Below are positions 23,620 through 34,222 of a stretch of DNA of 64,000 bases, piece after piece. The notes under the pieces are model-generated. The model had not been told where the DNA came from. It searched no databases and saw only the letters and a program-made list of their open reading frames with translations. This stretch comes from Malacoraja senta (taxonomy: Eukaryota): NCBI GenBank assembly GCA_038087875.1, contig JAXLNO010002317.1:2728001-2792000 (forward strand), written 5' to 3'. A program made the translations under genes and the position numbers. How positions within the stretch are numbered: position 1 is the stretch's first letter; every line of letters starts with the position of its first letter.

Positions 23620-26600
23620 TTATAGTACAACATTACATTCATGATTTATTATACTCTCCACCCCACGTGGTGACCATCGCCCACGGAAGGCCTCCAGAGT
23701 CCCCGTGGACACCGCATATTCCCGCTCCAGGGACACCCGTGCACGGACGTACGCCCGGAATAGGGGCAGGCAGCCAACTCGCGTCTCACCATCGACCGCC
23801 CGCTGCCTGGACCCACGAATGGCCATCTTAACCAGGCCCAGGAGCAAACCGACAGGGAGGTCCCAACCCCCCACTTGACTCTCCCCACACCCTACTTTAT
23901 GCCCACACACTAGAATCGTGGGACTAAAATGCAACCAAAACTTAAGGAACAACCCCTTCAGATATTGATACAGGGGCAGTAACCTCTCACACTCCATGTA
24001 TACGTGGAACACGGTCTCTTCCTTGCCACAGAAAATACACTCGGCAGACGAACCCGTGAACCGACTCAAAAGTTTATTGCAAACCACCGCTCCATGCAAC
24101 AGTCTCCACCCCAGGTCCCCAATGTAAAGGGGAACAACTCCCTCATAGAAGGACCCCACCAGGGACCCCCCCACCATCAGGTGGTAACACCGTCCGCCAA
24201 GGTGTGTCAGGACGGGAAACAAAGGCAAGGAGGTGCATAATGTGCAGGAACATCCTATACAATGTGCGTCTCTTCGCATCACGAAACAGTATGCTGATCA
24301 TCTCACAAAGGCGGCTCAGGTTGTGTGGAGCCGGTTCCCGAGAAATATCCCGGAGCCTTGGCCCGATGAGCAGATCTGACGGAGCAATTGAAAGCTCAGC
24401 CAGAACCACTCTAGGCGCTCGCCTCTCCTCGACACCCGCCATGACTGGGCGAGGACCGGCCACTCCCGCATCCGCACCATCCCCCTCCCCTCGTGGAACA
24501 ACACGCTGGCTGAAAACAACCAAATTCCTCACTCTGATCACATCCCGATAGAAAACAGGCAAACCCCTTAGGGCGGGTCTACTGATGCCCGCCACCGGGA
24601 GCCGCGAGACCCCCCCTAGGCAACGACCACGACGAAAAAAATACTTGGCCAGAGCGTGCCATCTGGGGGGATTCTCTTCATACATATACCTCCGCAGAGT
24701 CCTGAGACGGAGAGCCGCCACCTGGGTACGCACGCATACCAAGGACTGACCGCCCTCCTCTAACGGGAGACTCAGGACCGCTGCAGAGACCCAGTGCTTC
24801 CTATTTCCCCAGAAGAAATCTACCAGCTTCTTCTGAAGAGCATTTACAAATATGGAAGGTGGGACAAGAGTAGCCAGCCGGTACCATAACATGGAGGCCA
24901 CCAGCTGATTTATGACCAGCACCCTCCCCCGGAAAGAAAGAACTCCAAGCAAGCCCGACCAGCGACCCAGCCGGGCAACCACCTTCGTCTCCAACTCCAG
25001 CCAATTCGCCGGCCAAGCATCCTCAGTGGGACTCAGGTAAACCCCCAGATAGAGGAGATGGGTTGTGCTCCACACATACCTTGCCATCTCCTCCGGCAGG
25101 GAATCCACCTGCCACTGACCCACTAAAAGACCAGAACACTTACTCCAGTTAATCCTTGCAGAAGATGCAGCTGAGAAAATCTCCTGGCAGTCACGCATCC
25201 TCCGCAGGTCACCAGGATCAGTGAACATAAGAAGTACATCATCTGCATACGCTGAAAGAACCACCTCCAACCCCGGCCCAGGTAGGGCCAGACCTGTCAA
25301 CCTCCTCCGAAGAAGACACAGGAACGGCTCCACACAGACCGAGTACAACTGACCCGACATGGGGCACCCCTGACGGACCCCCCTCCCAAACTGAAAGGGA
25401 GCCAACAACGCACCATTAACCTTCACCAGGCACTCCGCTGCAGCGTACAGAAGCCGGACCCGGGCCACAAAATGCGGTCCAAATCCAAACGCTTGCAACG
25501 TCCCGAATAGGTAATCATGCTCTACCCTATCAAAAGCGTTCTCTTGATCAAGAGACAGAAAAGCAGCTGACTGACCAGTACCCTGAACTAGATGAATCAG
25601 GTCCCTAACCAGGTGGATGTTATCCTGAATGGACCTGCCAGGGACTGTATAGGACTGGTCAGGATGAATCATTTGAGACAGCACAGGGCCCAGGCGATTT
25701 GCCATTGCCCGTGCAAATACTTTATACTCTGTACATAGGAGAGATACCGGCCTCCAGTTCTTCAACAAGCGGAGTTCACCCTTCTTAGGCAGCAAGACAA
25801 CAACTGCCCTACGCCACGAGAGGGGCATCGCCCCGGCCGCCAGACTCTCCCCAGCACCAACATGTAATCACCCCCCAGGATCTCCCAGAAAGCTCTGACA
25901 AACTCCACCGTCAACCCATCCATCCCGGGTGACTTACCCTTCCTGAGCTGAAACAATGCACAAGTCAACTCCTCCAAAGATAAGGGGCCATCAAGAAGAT
26001 CGGCCACCTCCCTATCAATAGTCGGTAGACCCTCCCACAATTCCTTCTGAGCCTCCCCGTTATACCCCCCTGCGGAGAACAGGGACCCATAAAATGACCT
26101 GACCGCCTCACTGATCCTCTCCGGATCAGTGACTGAGGATCCATCATCTGCGAGCAGCTCTACGAGCTGCTTGCAGGCTCCCCTCCCTTTCTCCAAAGAG
26201 AAAAAGAAAGGCGACGCTCGGTCCAGATCTTGCATCATCTGTACCCGCGCCCTCACGAAAGCGCCTCGGGACCGCTCAAGCAGCAGATTCCTCAAGGCTT
26301 CCTTCTTCTCCTGAAACTCTCCCCATTCACAGGAGTCCTCACCATCCCGACCCAGGCGAGACTCTGCACCCTGTAGCTCCCTCTCAAGCCTCGTGACCGC
26401 TGAGTCCCTCCGTCCTGTCGACCCCCACGTATACTCCTTACAAAATAGACGAATGTGAGCCTTCCCCACATCCCACCACTGCCTAAGGGAAGAGAAGCAC
26501 CTCCGCCCCTCTCTCCACTTCCCCCAAAACCGACTGAATGACTCCCGGAAACACCGATCCTCCAGCAACCGGTTGTTAAAGTGCCAGTACGCGGACCCAG

Positions 26601-27320
26601 CCCTAGCGCGCGCCGGATTAAAGTCCACACGCACCAGACAGTGATCCGAGCATGGCACCACCCGCATTGAAGCCTCTGCGACACGGCCAACAAACGCTCG
26701 GGAAATATATATTCTGTCAATACGGGAACCACCACCCTCATACCTCCGCGAAAAAGCATTGGAATCCGGATGGAGGTTCCGCCATGCATCAACCAACTCA
26801 AAGGATTCAATCATCCCCCTCAACTTCTTCGCTACAGCAGGGGCACACTGAGTACCAGAACGATCTCCCGCCTCAAGTGTGCAATTAAAGTCCCCACCAA
26901 GGAAAACACACTCTCCCCTATCAATAGTGCTCAACAGAGCAGTCACCTCCTGAATTAGGCCAGCCTGCATCGTGCTGGAGCTAGGGGCATACACGTTAAT
27001 GAAATGCAACGGCATGCCATCCAAGCTCACTGCCAGATGGAGCAAACGTCCAGGCACAACTTCATTCACTTTTAAAATCGTTGGCAGGAAATTCTGGGCC
27101 AACAGAAAGGCCACCCCACTCGAATTTGAGCTGAGATGGCTCATGTAAACCCCCCCTTCCCACTCCAGTCTCCAGGTAGGTTCATCACTAACAACTGTGT
27201 GCGTCTCCTGCAGAAAACACACTGCAAATCTCCCCTCTTTAAGGCCTGATAAAAGCTGAAATCTACGAAAACTCGATCTACTCCCGTTTAAGTTTAATGT
27301 TGCGACGGTGAATGTAAAGG
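23620..27320 (-). CDS. Tx1 ORF2 (AP endonuclease, reverse transcriptase, C-terminal zinc motif), split by two frameshifts
   Basis: TLNLNG..FLQETH..GGDFN..SRIDRIY..SDH; KSPGMDG; WRPVSLLCTEYK, GVRQGCPMSG, AYADDV, YLGV; CIFCGKEETVFHVYMEC. Shifts near 25850 and 24160; start codon not clear. Confidence 0.88.
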
Positions 27321-27329
27321 CCCACTTTA

Positions 27330-29585
27330 TTAAACCCCCTCAGTCCCCGTAGACACAACAAATTTCTCTCTGAGTAACCCCAAAAAGTCCCCAAACTGCC
27401 CCACCTCTACGTCAGTAAGAGCACTCTCCCTGCTGCCAAGAATATCCTCGAGAATCGGAATCAATCCTGGCAGATCCTTCCACCGCCTACTAGCAGCATC
27501 CACTCTTGTTCTTGCGGAGCGGTTTGTTCTGAGAAACTCTCGAACCACCTTTATCTCACAATCAAGAGCCTCGGCCTTGGAGTCTGGGCACTCGGCCAAC
27601 GCACTTGCACCTGCACCATCAGACTCCACATCACAACGTTCAAGGTCTCTTTCTGTAACTGAACGCCCAGAGCTCTCCAAAAGCTCTCCACCCCCACTAC
27701 CCAAACTTTCCAGTTCACCCTCCCGCTCCTCCAGCAAGACACCACCCCCAGGATCAATGCCAGGTAAGGGCCCCGAAACCCCCAACTGCAACAAGCATCC
27801 CCCTGACTGGCTTGGCCCCTGCACGCTACCCTCACCCTCCACGCCTTGGCCTGGGGAAGCAAAAACACTAGGCTCCCCCAGGGCCTGGGATACACTGACA
27901 CCCCTTGAAACTAAAGGGACATCACCACCCAAACTATCCCCGACCTCCACACCACCTATAGCATCCCCACCACTAGCAATACCCAGAGGCTCGCCTCTTA
28001 CTTTTAGCCTCTCCCCTTCCACCTCATCCGGCGATGCAGCACACCCCCCATTACCACCACTGGCACTGATGTGCAGCATAGACTGGAACACCACAGCCCC
28101 CGAACCACCCCCCTCAGGCTGACTCTGCTCATCCTCCATCTCAGGGGCCCCCCTACCAGGGGCACATACCCCATCCTCTGGCGTTCCATCACCCTCAAGA
28201 GGCCTCTGAAACGAGGGGACATCCTCCGACCCAGAGGACACCCCCCCAGGGGAGCTCACCTCACCACCCGATGAGATAACTCCATCGGAGGGCCCCTGAA
28301 ATGAAGAGACAGCCCCCCGCCCAGAGGACACATCTCCAGCGGAATCAACCCCCTCACCTGCCCTAATTTTCGCCTCACGCCCTTCCTCTTCCTCGCCAGG
28401 CCTATTCCTTTTCACCCCACTAGCATGCGGCAGTACGGTGACCTCCATAAAGGAAGGGTCTTCCACCCCCTCCCTACCCCCATCCACTATACCCCCCGCA
28501 CCCTTTACCAACCCTTCCCCCGTCTGAGCGATCTCATCGCCTTGCTGGGCCACATCAAGCACACTCTGGACCTCACTAGAACTAACACGCATATTTTTAC
28601 TCTCCGGATGGCCCTTTCCCCTCTTCTTCCTCCCCTTCTTCACCTCCCACTTCCCTTCCCCGTCTTCATCCTCCCCCTCTCCACCCTCTCCCTCCCCCTC
28701 ACCATTAGCCACCACCACCTCCACAGTCTCAGGACGCAGGGGCCTGAGGCCTTCCCCGCCCCGGGTCCCCAAGGCAGAACTTTCAGACCCAGATGGCCTA
28801 TCACTTCCGCCCCGGATCCCCGAGGTGGAGCTAGCCGCCCTAGCCAGGTCAGCAGTGCCAGCCCGCGCCACCGAGGCATGATGTACCACCCCGGATGGGC
28901 CAGCATTGCCATCCTGGGCCACTACGCTAGAACTAGCAACGCCCCTGCGAGAAAGACACTCGTTACGGAAATGTCCATATGCTCCACACTCATGACACCG
29001 TGCCTTCCCCCAACTCCAATACACGGTTCTATGGAGACCCTGACAATCCACCTCAAAGCTCCCCTCCGCGCCTTCGCCCTCACCCACCTTCATGAACACC
29101 CTCCTCTTAAAACTGAAGATCCCTCTTTCCTCCGGGTCCCCCCCAAGGTGCCTGAGCCTAAAGCACTTAGACCTCACCTCCCCAATCGTAGACAGGTGTG
29201 GCATAAGTGCAGCATCCGAAATAAATGTGGGGCAACTCCGCAGGAGAACCGGTCTCACCCTCGATAACCACGGATCCACCTGTAATTGGATCCCCCCCAC
29301 TGATATCCCCCTCTCCAACGCCATTTTCACACCCTCCTCGGTCTTCAAAATCATCTCCACCTTGCCTCTTACAAGCTCGGAAGAGACAACAGGCCGCCCC
29401 CCAATAAGGTCATTCACGGCCTTGGTAATTGCACCCCTAGACATCTGGGGCCCAGTTTGGACCGAGATACCAAACCTGCCCCAATCCAAGTTCACATAAG
29501 GCTCATGCTCCACTGTCCTCGCATCCGCCTCTGATGCCGCCACTGCGTAACTCCGGTTCTTCGGCCTCGCCCCAGCCTTCGCCAT
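27330..29585 (-). CDS. Tx1 ORF1 protein, 751 aa, CCHC zinc knuckle
   Basis: Uninterrupted ORF; CHECGAYGHFRNEC; long Gly/Glu/Ser-rich low-complexity middle. Confidence 0.85.
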   Translation of the reverse strand: MAKAGARPKNRSYAVAASEADARTVEHEPYVNLDWGRFGISVQTGPQMSRGAITKAVNDLIGGRPVVSSELVRGKVEMILKTEEGVKMALERGISVGGIQLQVDPWLSRVRPVLLRSCPTFISDAALMPHLSTIGEVRSKCFRLRHLGGDPEERGIFSFKRRVFMKVGEGEGAEGSFEVDCQGLHRTVYWSWGKARCHECGAYGHFRNECLSRRGVASSSVVAQDGNAGPSGVVHHASVARAGTADLARAASSTSGIRGGSDRPSGSESSALGTRGGEGLRPLRPETVEVVVANGEGEGEGGEGEDEDGEGKWEVKKGRKKRGKGHPESKNMRVSSSEVQSVLDVAQQGDEIAQTGEGLVKGAGGIVDGGREGVEDPSFMEVTVLPHASGVKRNRPGEEEEGREAKIRAGEGVDSAGDVSSGRGAVSSFQGPSDGVISSGGEVSSPGGVSSGSEDVPSFQRPLEGDGTPEDGVCAPGRGAPEMEDEQSQPEGGGSGAVVFQSMLHISASGGNGGCAASPDEVEGERLKVRGEPLGIASGGDAIGGVEVGDSLGGDVPLVSRGVSVSQALGEPSVFASPGQGVEGEGSVQGPSQSGGCLLQLGVSGPLPGIDPGGGVLLEEREGELESLGSGGGELLESSGRSVTERDLERCDVESDGAGASALAECPDSKAEALDCEIKVVREFLRTNRSARTRVDAASRRWKDLPGLIPILEDILGSRESALTDVEVGQFGDFLGLLREKFVVSTGTEGV

Positions 29586-30256
29586 CCTGACAGAGGCACA
29601 ACCAGCTCCAATCGACCCGGCAGCTCAGCTCCACGTTAACTCCTTCAAATAGTCACAGTCAACAAGTAGCAGAACTCTGAAGCCTCCAGCTACAGCCAGA
29701 AAATCCCCAAAGACGTCCACAACCGACAGCAGCTTTTGGGAAGCTCTATCCCATTCTTTCCGGACTCAACAGTACCATCTTCACATTAAACCCGGCATCC
29801 GCCGGAGCAAAATGCCTTTTTTCCCGTTGCCTCCACTCTTGGCAGTCCGCCAACGACAACCGCACCCTCCACAATGGAAAAATATCTCCGGAATGTCCGC
29901 CCTTGTGGAGAATTCCTAGAGCAGAGAAAAGTTTCACCAGTCCAACAATAAGTTAGACCATGAAGCCCCTCTGCCTCTGTTCCTTCCCCATCGACAACGT
30001 CCTTGAAAAGCTGTTTGAATCCTTCTCAACTGCAGAGCTGAAAAAAAACACAGCCAGCCTCTCTCTCTCTCTCTCTCTCTCTCCCCCCCCCACCCCCACT
30101 GGTGTTCTAGAGGGTGACAGGTTGGGAGTTTTCTCCTGGAGGGAGGGAGGGAGAGAGAGGGAGGGAGAGTGAGAGAGAGAGAGGGACAGATGGACATAAA
30201 TATACAGCGAGCTCCACTGTGTGTGTGTGTCTGACGCTGGGAATGTTTCTCTGTAG

Positions 30257-30523
30257 ATGCTCCCATCAATGTGAGGATCACAGCTCCCACAGCCCCTCCT
30301 GCTGGTGAATACATCACACTGCGGTGTGAATCACAGGCCAACCCTGTAGTGAACTCTTACAGCTGGAGAAAGCTCTGTGGCTCTCAGTCTACAGATCTGC
30401 GGGGAGATGGTGTGGAATACAGACTGAGGGCCACAGTAGAGGTCGGGACCTGCGACTATTTCTGCACCGCGAGGAATTCTCTCGGTTTAAAGGAGTCCCC
30501 AGCTCAACGCATCGATGTCCAGT
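30257..30523 (+). CDS. Copy A C2-set exon X, intact
   Basis: CTGTAG|ATG acceptor, CAG T|GTAAGT donor, 267 nt; APINVRI..TLRCESQANPVVNSYSW..DYFCTARNSLG. Confidence 0.88.
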
Positions 30524-30829
30524 GTAAGTACCACTTTGTCCCAGTTCGTTACCGTCTAGACTACACTCCACAACTCTCCCCAACTCCTACAGATGCACCG
30601 TATAAGGAAAGCATTTTGTGTAGGAAGGAACTGCAGGTGCAGGTTTAAATCAAAGGTAGACACAAAGTGCTGGAGTAACTCAGCGGGACAGGCAGCATCT
30701 ACAACTATTTGGCCCTATGAGCATCGAGTCATAGTCACAGAGTCATAGTTCTGGAGTGATAGAGTCATAGATTTATATAGAACAATGCGGTCCTAGTGTT
30801 TTACAGTGTCTTAGAAATACTTAGAGAGA

Positions 30830-31090
30830 CTTATAGAGAATATTAGAGAGTCTCAGAGAATATTAGAGAGTCTTAGAGACTATTAGAGAGTCTTAGAGAA
30901 TGTTAGTCTTAGAGAATATTAGAAAGTATTAGAGAATATTAGAGAGATATTAGAGAGTCTTAGAGAATGTTAGAGAGTCTTAGAGAATATTAGAGAATAT
31001 TAGAGATTCTTAGAGAATATTAGAGAGTCTTAGATAATATTAGAGAGTCTTAGAGAATATTAGAGAGCCTTTTAGAAAGTCTTAGAGTGA
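30830..31090. repeat. AT-rich minisatellite of alternating GAGAGTCTTA / GAGAATATTA units
   Basis: Direct reading of the tandem array. Confidence 0.85.
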
Positions 31091-31160
31091 GTCTTTGAGT
31101 TTTTTTGTATCAAACAGAATTATTTTTATTTCGCTCACGATACAAAACAAAATGGTGGTA

Positions 31161-31631
31161 AAAGGCCCGTCCCACGTGTGTGATATTTCAGGAGTGTTGC
31201 CGGCGACTAGACTGTTACCACACGGTGGGTAGGGGTGTCGCCGGTATGATTGTCAACAGTCTCCTCAGCGGGACAAAGGATCGTAGTGATTTTCTGGTCA
31301 CCGCGGGATTTTGAAATGGACAAAACATTTCGGGGACAGTCGTAGACCGTGGGCTTGTTGTAGCTTGTCTTAGCTTGTCTTCTCCTGACGTAGGTGCTGT
31401 CGTAGGTTGTGGATCATTTTCGCCGGGCTGACGTATGTTGTCGCCAGGATGTCGTTGGCTGTCGCCGGTGAATTCCATTGTCCTAGTTCCTGGCAGTCGC
31501 CGAAAAAAATCACCAAAAAAACAGGCCCTTAAATACAGTCACCGGTCCAGTCGCCGTTTTATCAGCGACCTGCATCGACTTGACAGTCGCCGGCAATCGC
31601 CTGAAAAATCACCTCGTGGGACAGGTCCTTT
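31161..31631. mobile_element. MITE with imperfect terminal inverted repeats (Harbinger-like, tentative)
   Basis: AAAGGCCCGTCCCACG / CGTGGGACAGGTCCTTT; internal GTCGCC/GGCGAC repeats; a second related end AGGGCCTGTCCCAC at 31811. Confidence 0.55.
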
Positions 31632-31892
31632 ACACACCCACAATCATAGCACAAAATCACCAAATTATCTACACACTACATTTTCAAACAATGGTCTCGG
31701 TTTTCTCCGAGATCTCCGGTTTCCTCCCACACTCCAAAGACGTGCAGGTTTGTAGGTTAATTGGCTTGGTAAATGTAAGAATGGTCCCTGGTGGGTGTAG
31801 GATAGTGTTAAGGGCCTGTCCCACTCGGCGGTTTATACGGCGACTACCGACATCATTGACTGATGTATCAGGTCACCAAAAAATATATGTGG

Positions 31893-32118
31893 CGTGATGA
31901 CGTATGACGCGGCGATGATGCAGCGTGATCACGTATGATGCGGCGATGATGCAGCGTGATGACGTATGACGCGGCGATGATGCAGCGTGATGACGTATGA
32001 CGCGGCGATGATGCAGCGTGATCACGTATGATGCGGCGATGATGCAGCGTGATCACGTATGATGCGGCGATGATGCAGCGTGATGACCTATGACGCGGCG
32101 ATGATGCAGCGTGATGAC
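31893..32118. repeat. 31-bp minisatellite, about 7 copies
   Basis: Unit GCGTGATGACGTATGACGCGGCGATGATGCA with variant GCGTGATCACGTATGATGCGGCGATGATGCA. Confidence 0.9.
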
Positions 32119-32527
32119 TCCAGCATTTTTCAAACCTATAAGATTATGAAGGGTTCGGACACGCTAGAGGCAAGAAACATGTTCCCCATGTTGGGGGAGT
32201 CCAGAACCAGGGGCCACAGTTTAAGAATAAAGGGTCGGCCATTTAGAACGGAGACGAGGAAACACTTTCACACAGAGAGTTGTGAGTCTGTGGAATTCTC
32301 TGCCTCAGAGGGCGGTGGAGGCCGCTTCGCTGGATGCTTTCAAGAGAGAGCTAGATAAAGCTCTTAAAGATAGCGGAGTTACGGGATATGGGGAGAAGGC
32401 AGGAAGGGGGTACTGATTGTGGATGATCAGCCACGATCACATTGAATGGCGGTGCTGGTTTGAAGGGCCGAATGGCCTACTCCTGCACCTATTGTCTGTT
32501 GTCTATTGTCTATATCGACCCGAATAA

Positions 32528-32825
32528 GGGCGGCCCGGTGGTGCAGCGGGTAGAGCTGCTGCCTCACAGCGCCAGAGACTCGGGTTCCATCCCGACCACG
32601 AGTGCTGTCTGTATGGAGTATGCACGTCCTCCCCGTGACCTGCGTGGGTTTTCTCCGGGTGCTCCGGTTTCCTCCCACTCTAAAGACGTGCGGGTTTGTA
32701 GGTTCATTGGTTTCTGTAAATTACCTCTAGTGTGTGTGGGATAGAAGTAGTGGGCGGGGATCGCTGGTGACTCGATGGGCCGAAGGGCCTGTTTCCACGC
32801 TGTATCTCACAACTAAACGGAACTT
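32528..32825 (+). mobile_element. V-SINE (HE1-like); paralogue about 37925-38228 (-)
   Basis: GGTGGTGCAGCGGGTAGAGC..GGTTCCATCCC..GTGGGTTTTCTCCGGGTGCTCCGGTTTCCTCCCAC. Confidence 0.82.
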
Positions 32826-33004
32826 AAACCATGCTGAGTATCCCCAATCAACTAGGGTGGTTAGGAGGGAGGGAGAGAGGGAAGGAGGGAGAGAGGGAGG
32901 GAGAGAGAGAGAGAGAGAGGGAGGGAGATAGAGAGGGAGCGAGAGAGGGAGCTTGTATGTGTGTGTCTAACCCTGGGTAACCCTTTCCTGTCCAAACGTT
33001 TCAG

Positions 33005-33283
33005 ATAAGCCCCAGGGTGTTCACATTGAGTCCAATGGTGTGGAGGTCAGAGAGAAGGTGAACGTGACGATGAATGACCGGCTGAGTCTGGCGTGTGTTA
33101 GCCGTGTGAGTGATCCACCCGTGAACAGCTACTACTGGTAGCGCGATGGCTTTGTGTACAGACACTGGGACCAGACGCTGGTGTTCAACAGAATTACCCC
33201 ACAACAAGCGGGTCGGTATCGCTGTACAGCGGGGAACGGGATTGGAACTGAGAGCTCGGAGACCATCACTGTTAATGTCCAGT
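33005..33283 (+). CDS. Copy A C2-set exon Y with premature stop
   Basis: TTTCAG|ATA acceptor, CAG T|GTGAGT donor, 279 nt; TGG TAG at 33136-33141 where copy B has TGG TAC. Confidence 0.88.
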
Positions 33284-33835
33284 GTGAGTATTCCCCACCA
33301 TCCCGTACACAAACCCTTCAACATTGCCTGTTATAGGGAACGGCATTCCCTCTTCACCGCCCCTCCCTCTCTCACTCCTTCTCTCTCACTCCCTCTCTCT
33401 CTCTCTCTTTTTCTCCGTCCCTCTCTCTGTCTCACTCCCTCTTTCTCTCTCTCTCTCTCTGTCTCTCTCTCTCTCTATCTCTCACACTATCTCTCTCTTA
33501 GTCCCTTCCTCTCTCTCACCCTTTCTCTCACTTTCTCACTCCCTCCCTCCGTCACTCCCTCCCTCTCTCTCACTCCGTCTCTCCCTCCCTCTCACACTCT
33601 TTCTCACTNNNNNNNNNNNNNNNNNNNNNNNNNNNNNNNNNNNNNNNNNNNNNNNNNNNNNNNNNNNNNNNNNNNNNNNNNNNNNNNNNNNNNNNNNNNN
33701 NNNNNNNNNNNNNNNNNNNNNNNNNNNNNNNNNNNNNNNNCCCCTCTCTCAATCTCTCCTTCCTCTCTCCCTCTCACTCTCTCCCTTTCTATCTCTCTCT
33801 CCCTCCCTCCCAATCTCACTCTCACTCCCCTCTCT

Positions 33836-34035
33836 NNNNNNNNNNNNNNNNNNNNNNNNNNNNNNNNNNNNNNNNNNNNNNNNNNNNNNNNNNNNNNNNN
33901 NNNNNNNNNNNNNNNNNNNNNNNNNNNNNNNNNNNNNNNNNNNNNNNNNNNNNNNNNNNNNNNNNNNNNNNNNNNNNNNNNNNNNNNNNNNNNNNNNNNN
34001 NNNNNNNNNNNNNNNNNNNNNNNNNNNNNNNNNNN
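33836..34035. other. N-run of exactly 200 nt, probable scaffold join
   Basis: Counted length 200; homology to the B arm stops here. Confidence 0.75.
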
Positions 34036-34222
34036 TAGATGGGGATGTTGGTCGGGTGGGACTAGTGTAGATGGGGCATGTTGGTCGGGGTGGGACTAGT
34101 GTAGATGGGGCATGTTGGCCGGTGTGGGACTAGTGTAGATGGGGCATGTTGGTCGGGGTGGGACTATTGTAGATGGGGCATCTTGGCCGGTGTGGGACTA
34201 GTGTAGATGGGGCATGTTGGCC
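34036..34222. repeat. 34-bp tandem repeat derived from a CR1 3' UTR, 5-6 copies
   Basis: TAGATGGGGCATGTTGGTCGGGGTGGGACTAGTG units. Confidence 0.85.

Larger units (their letters stand above)
23519..30058 (-). mobile_element. Near full-length Tx1-clade non-LTR retrotransposon (about 6.5 kb)
   Basis: ORF1 plus APE-RT-CCHC ORF2, AATAAA (reverse of 23550-23555), A18 tail (T-run 23519-23536), about 470-nt 5' region ending at a (TC)n tract; 5' end approximate. Confidence 0.9.
12285..33283 (+). pseudogene. Siglec/CD22-like multi-Ig gene, copy A (leader, V, C2, C2, V, C2, C2-X, C2-Y); disrupted as assembled; 3' end not seen
   Basis: Eight exons with GT-AG boundaries in phase 1; 1-bp deletion in exon 16861-17147; TAG at 33139-33141; homology with copy B stops at the 200-N run 33836-34035. 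Confidence 0.8.
32150..33835. repeat. Inner arm of the inverted duplication; partner about 36905-38590
   Basis: CR1 piece, V-SINE, exon Y and the downstream (CT)-rich tract are mirrored. Confidence 0.85.

Noticed and set aside
27551-29499. Overlapping alternative-frame and antisense ORFs within Tx1 ORF1
   Set aside because: Expected by-products of GC-rich coding sequence; no motifs.
31893-32118. CRISPR-like array
   Set aside because: Units are directly adjacent with no unique spacers, and the context is eukaryotic; it is a minisatellite.
12285-33283. Assigning a gene symbol (CD22, MAG, SIGLEC1) or calling the V exons antigen-receptor V segments
   Set aside because: Orthology needs a phylogeny. 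The V exons end in splice donors without recombination signal sequences and have Siglec, not Ig/TCR, cysteine spacing.
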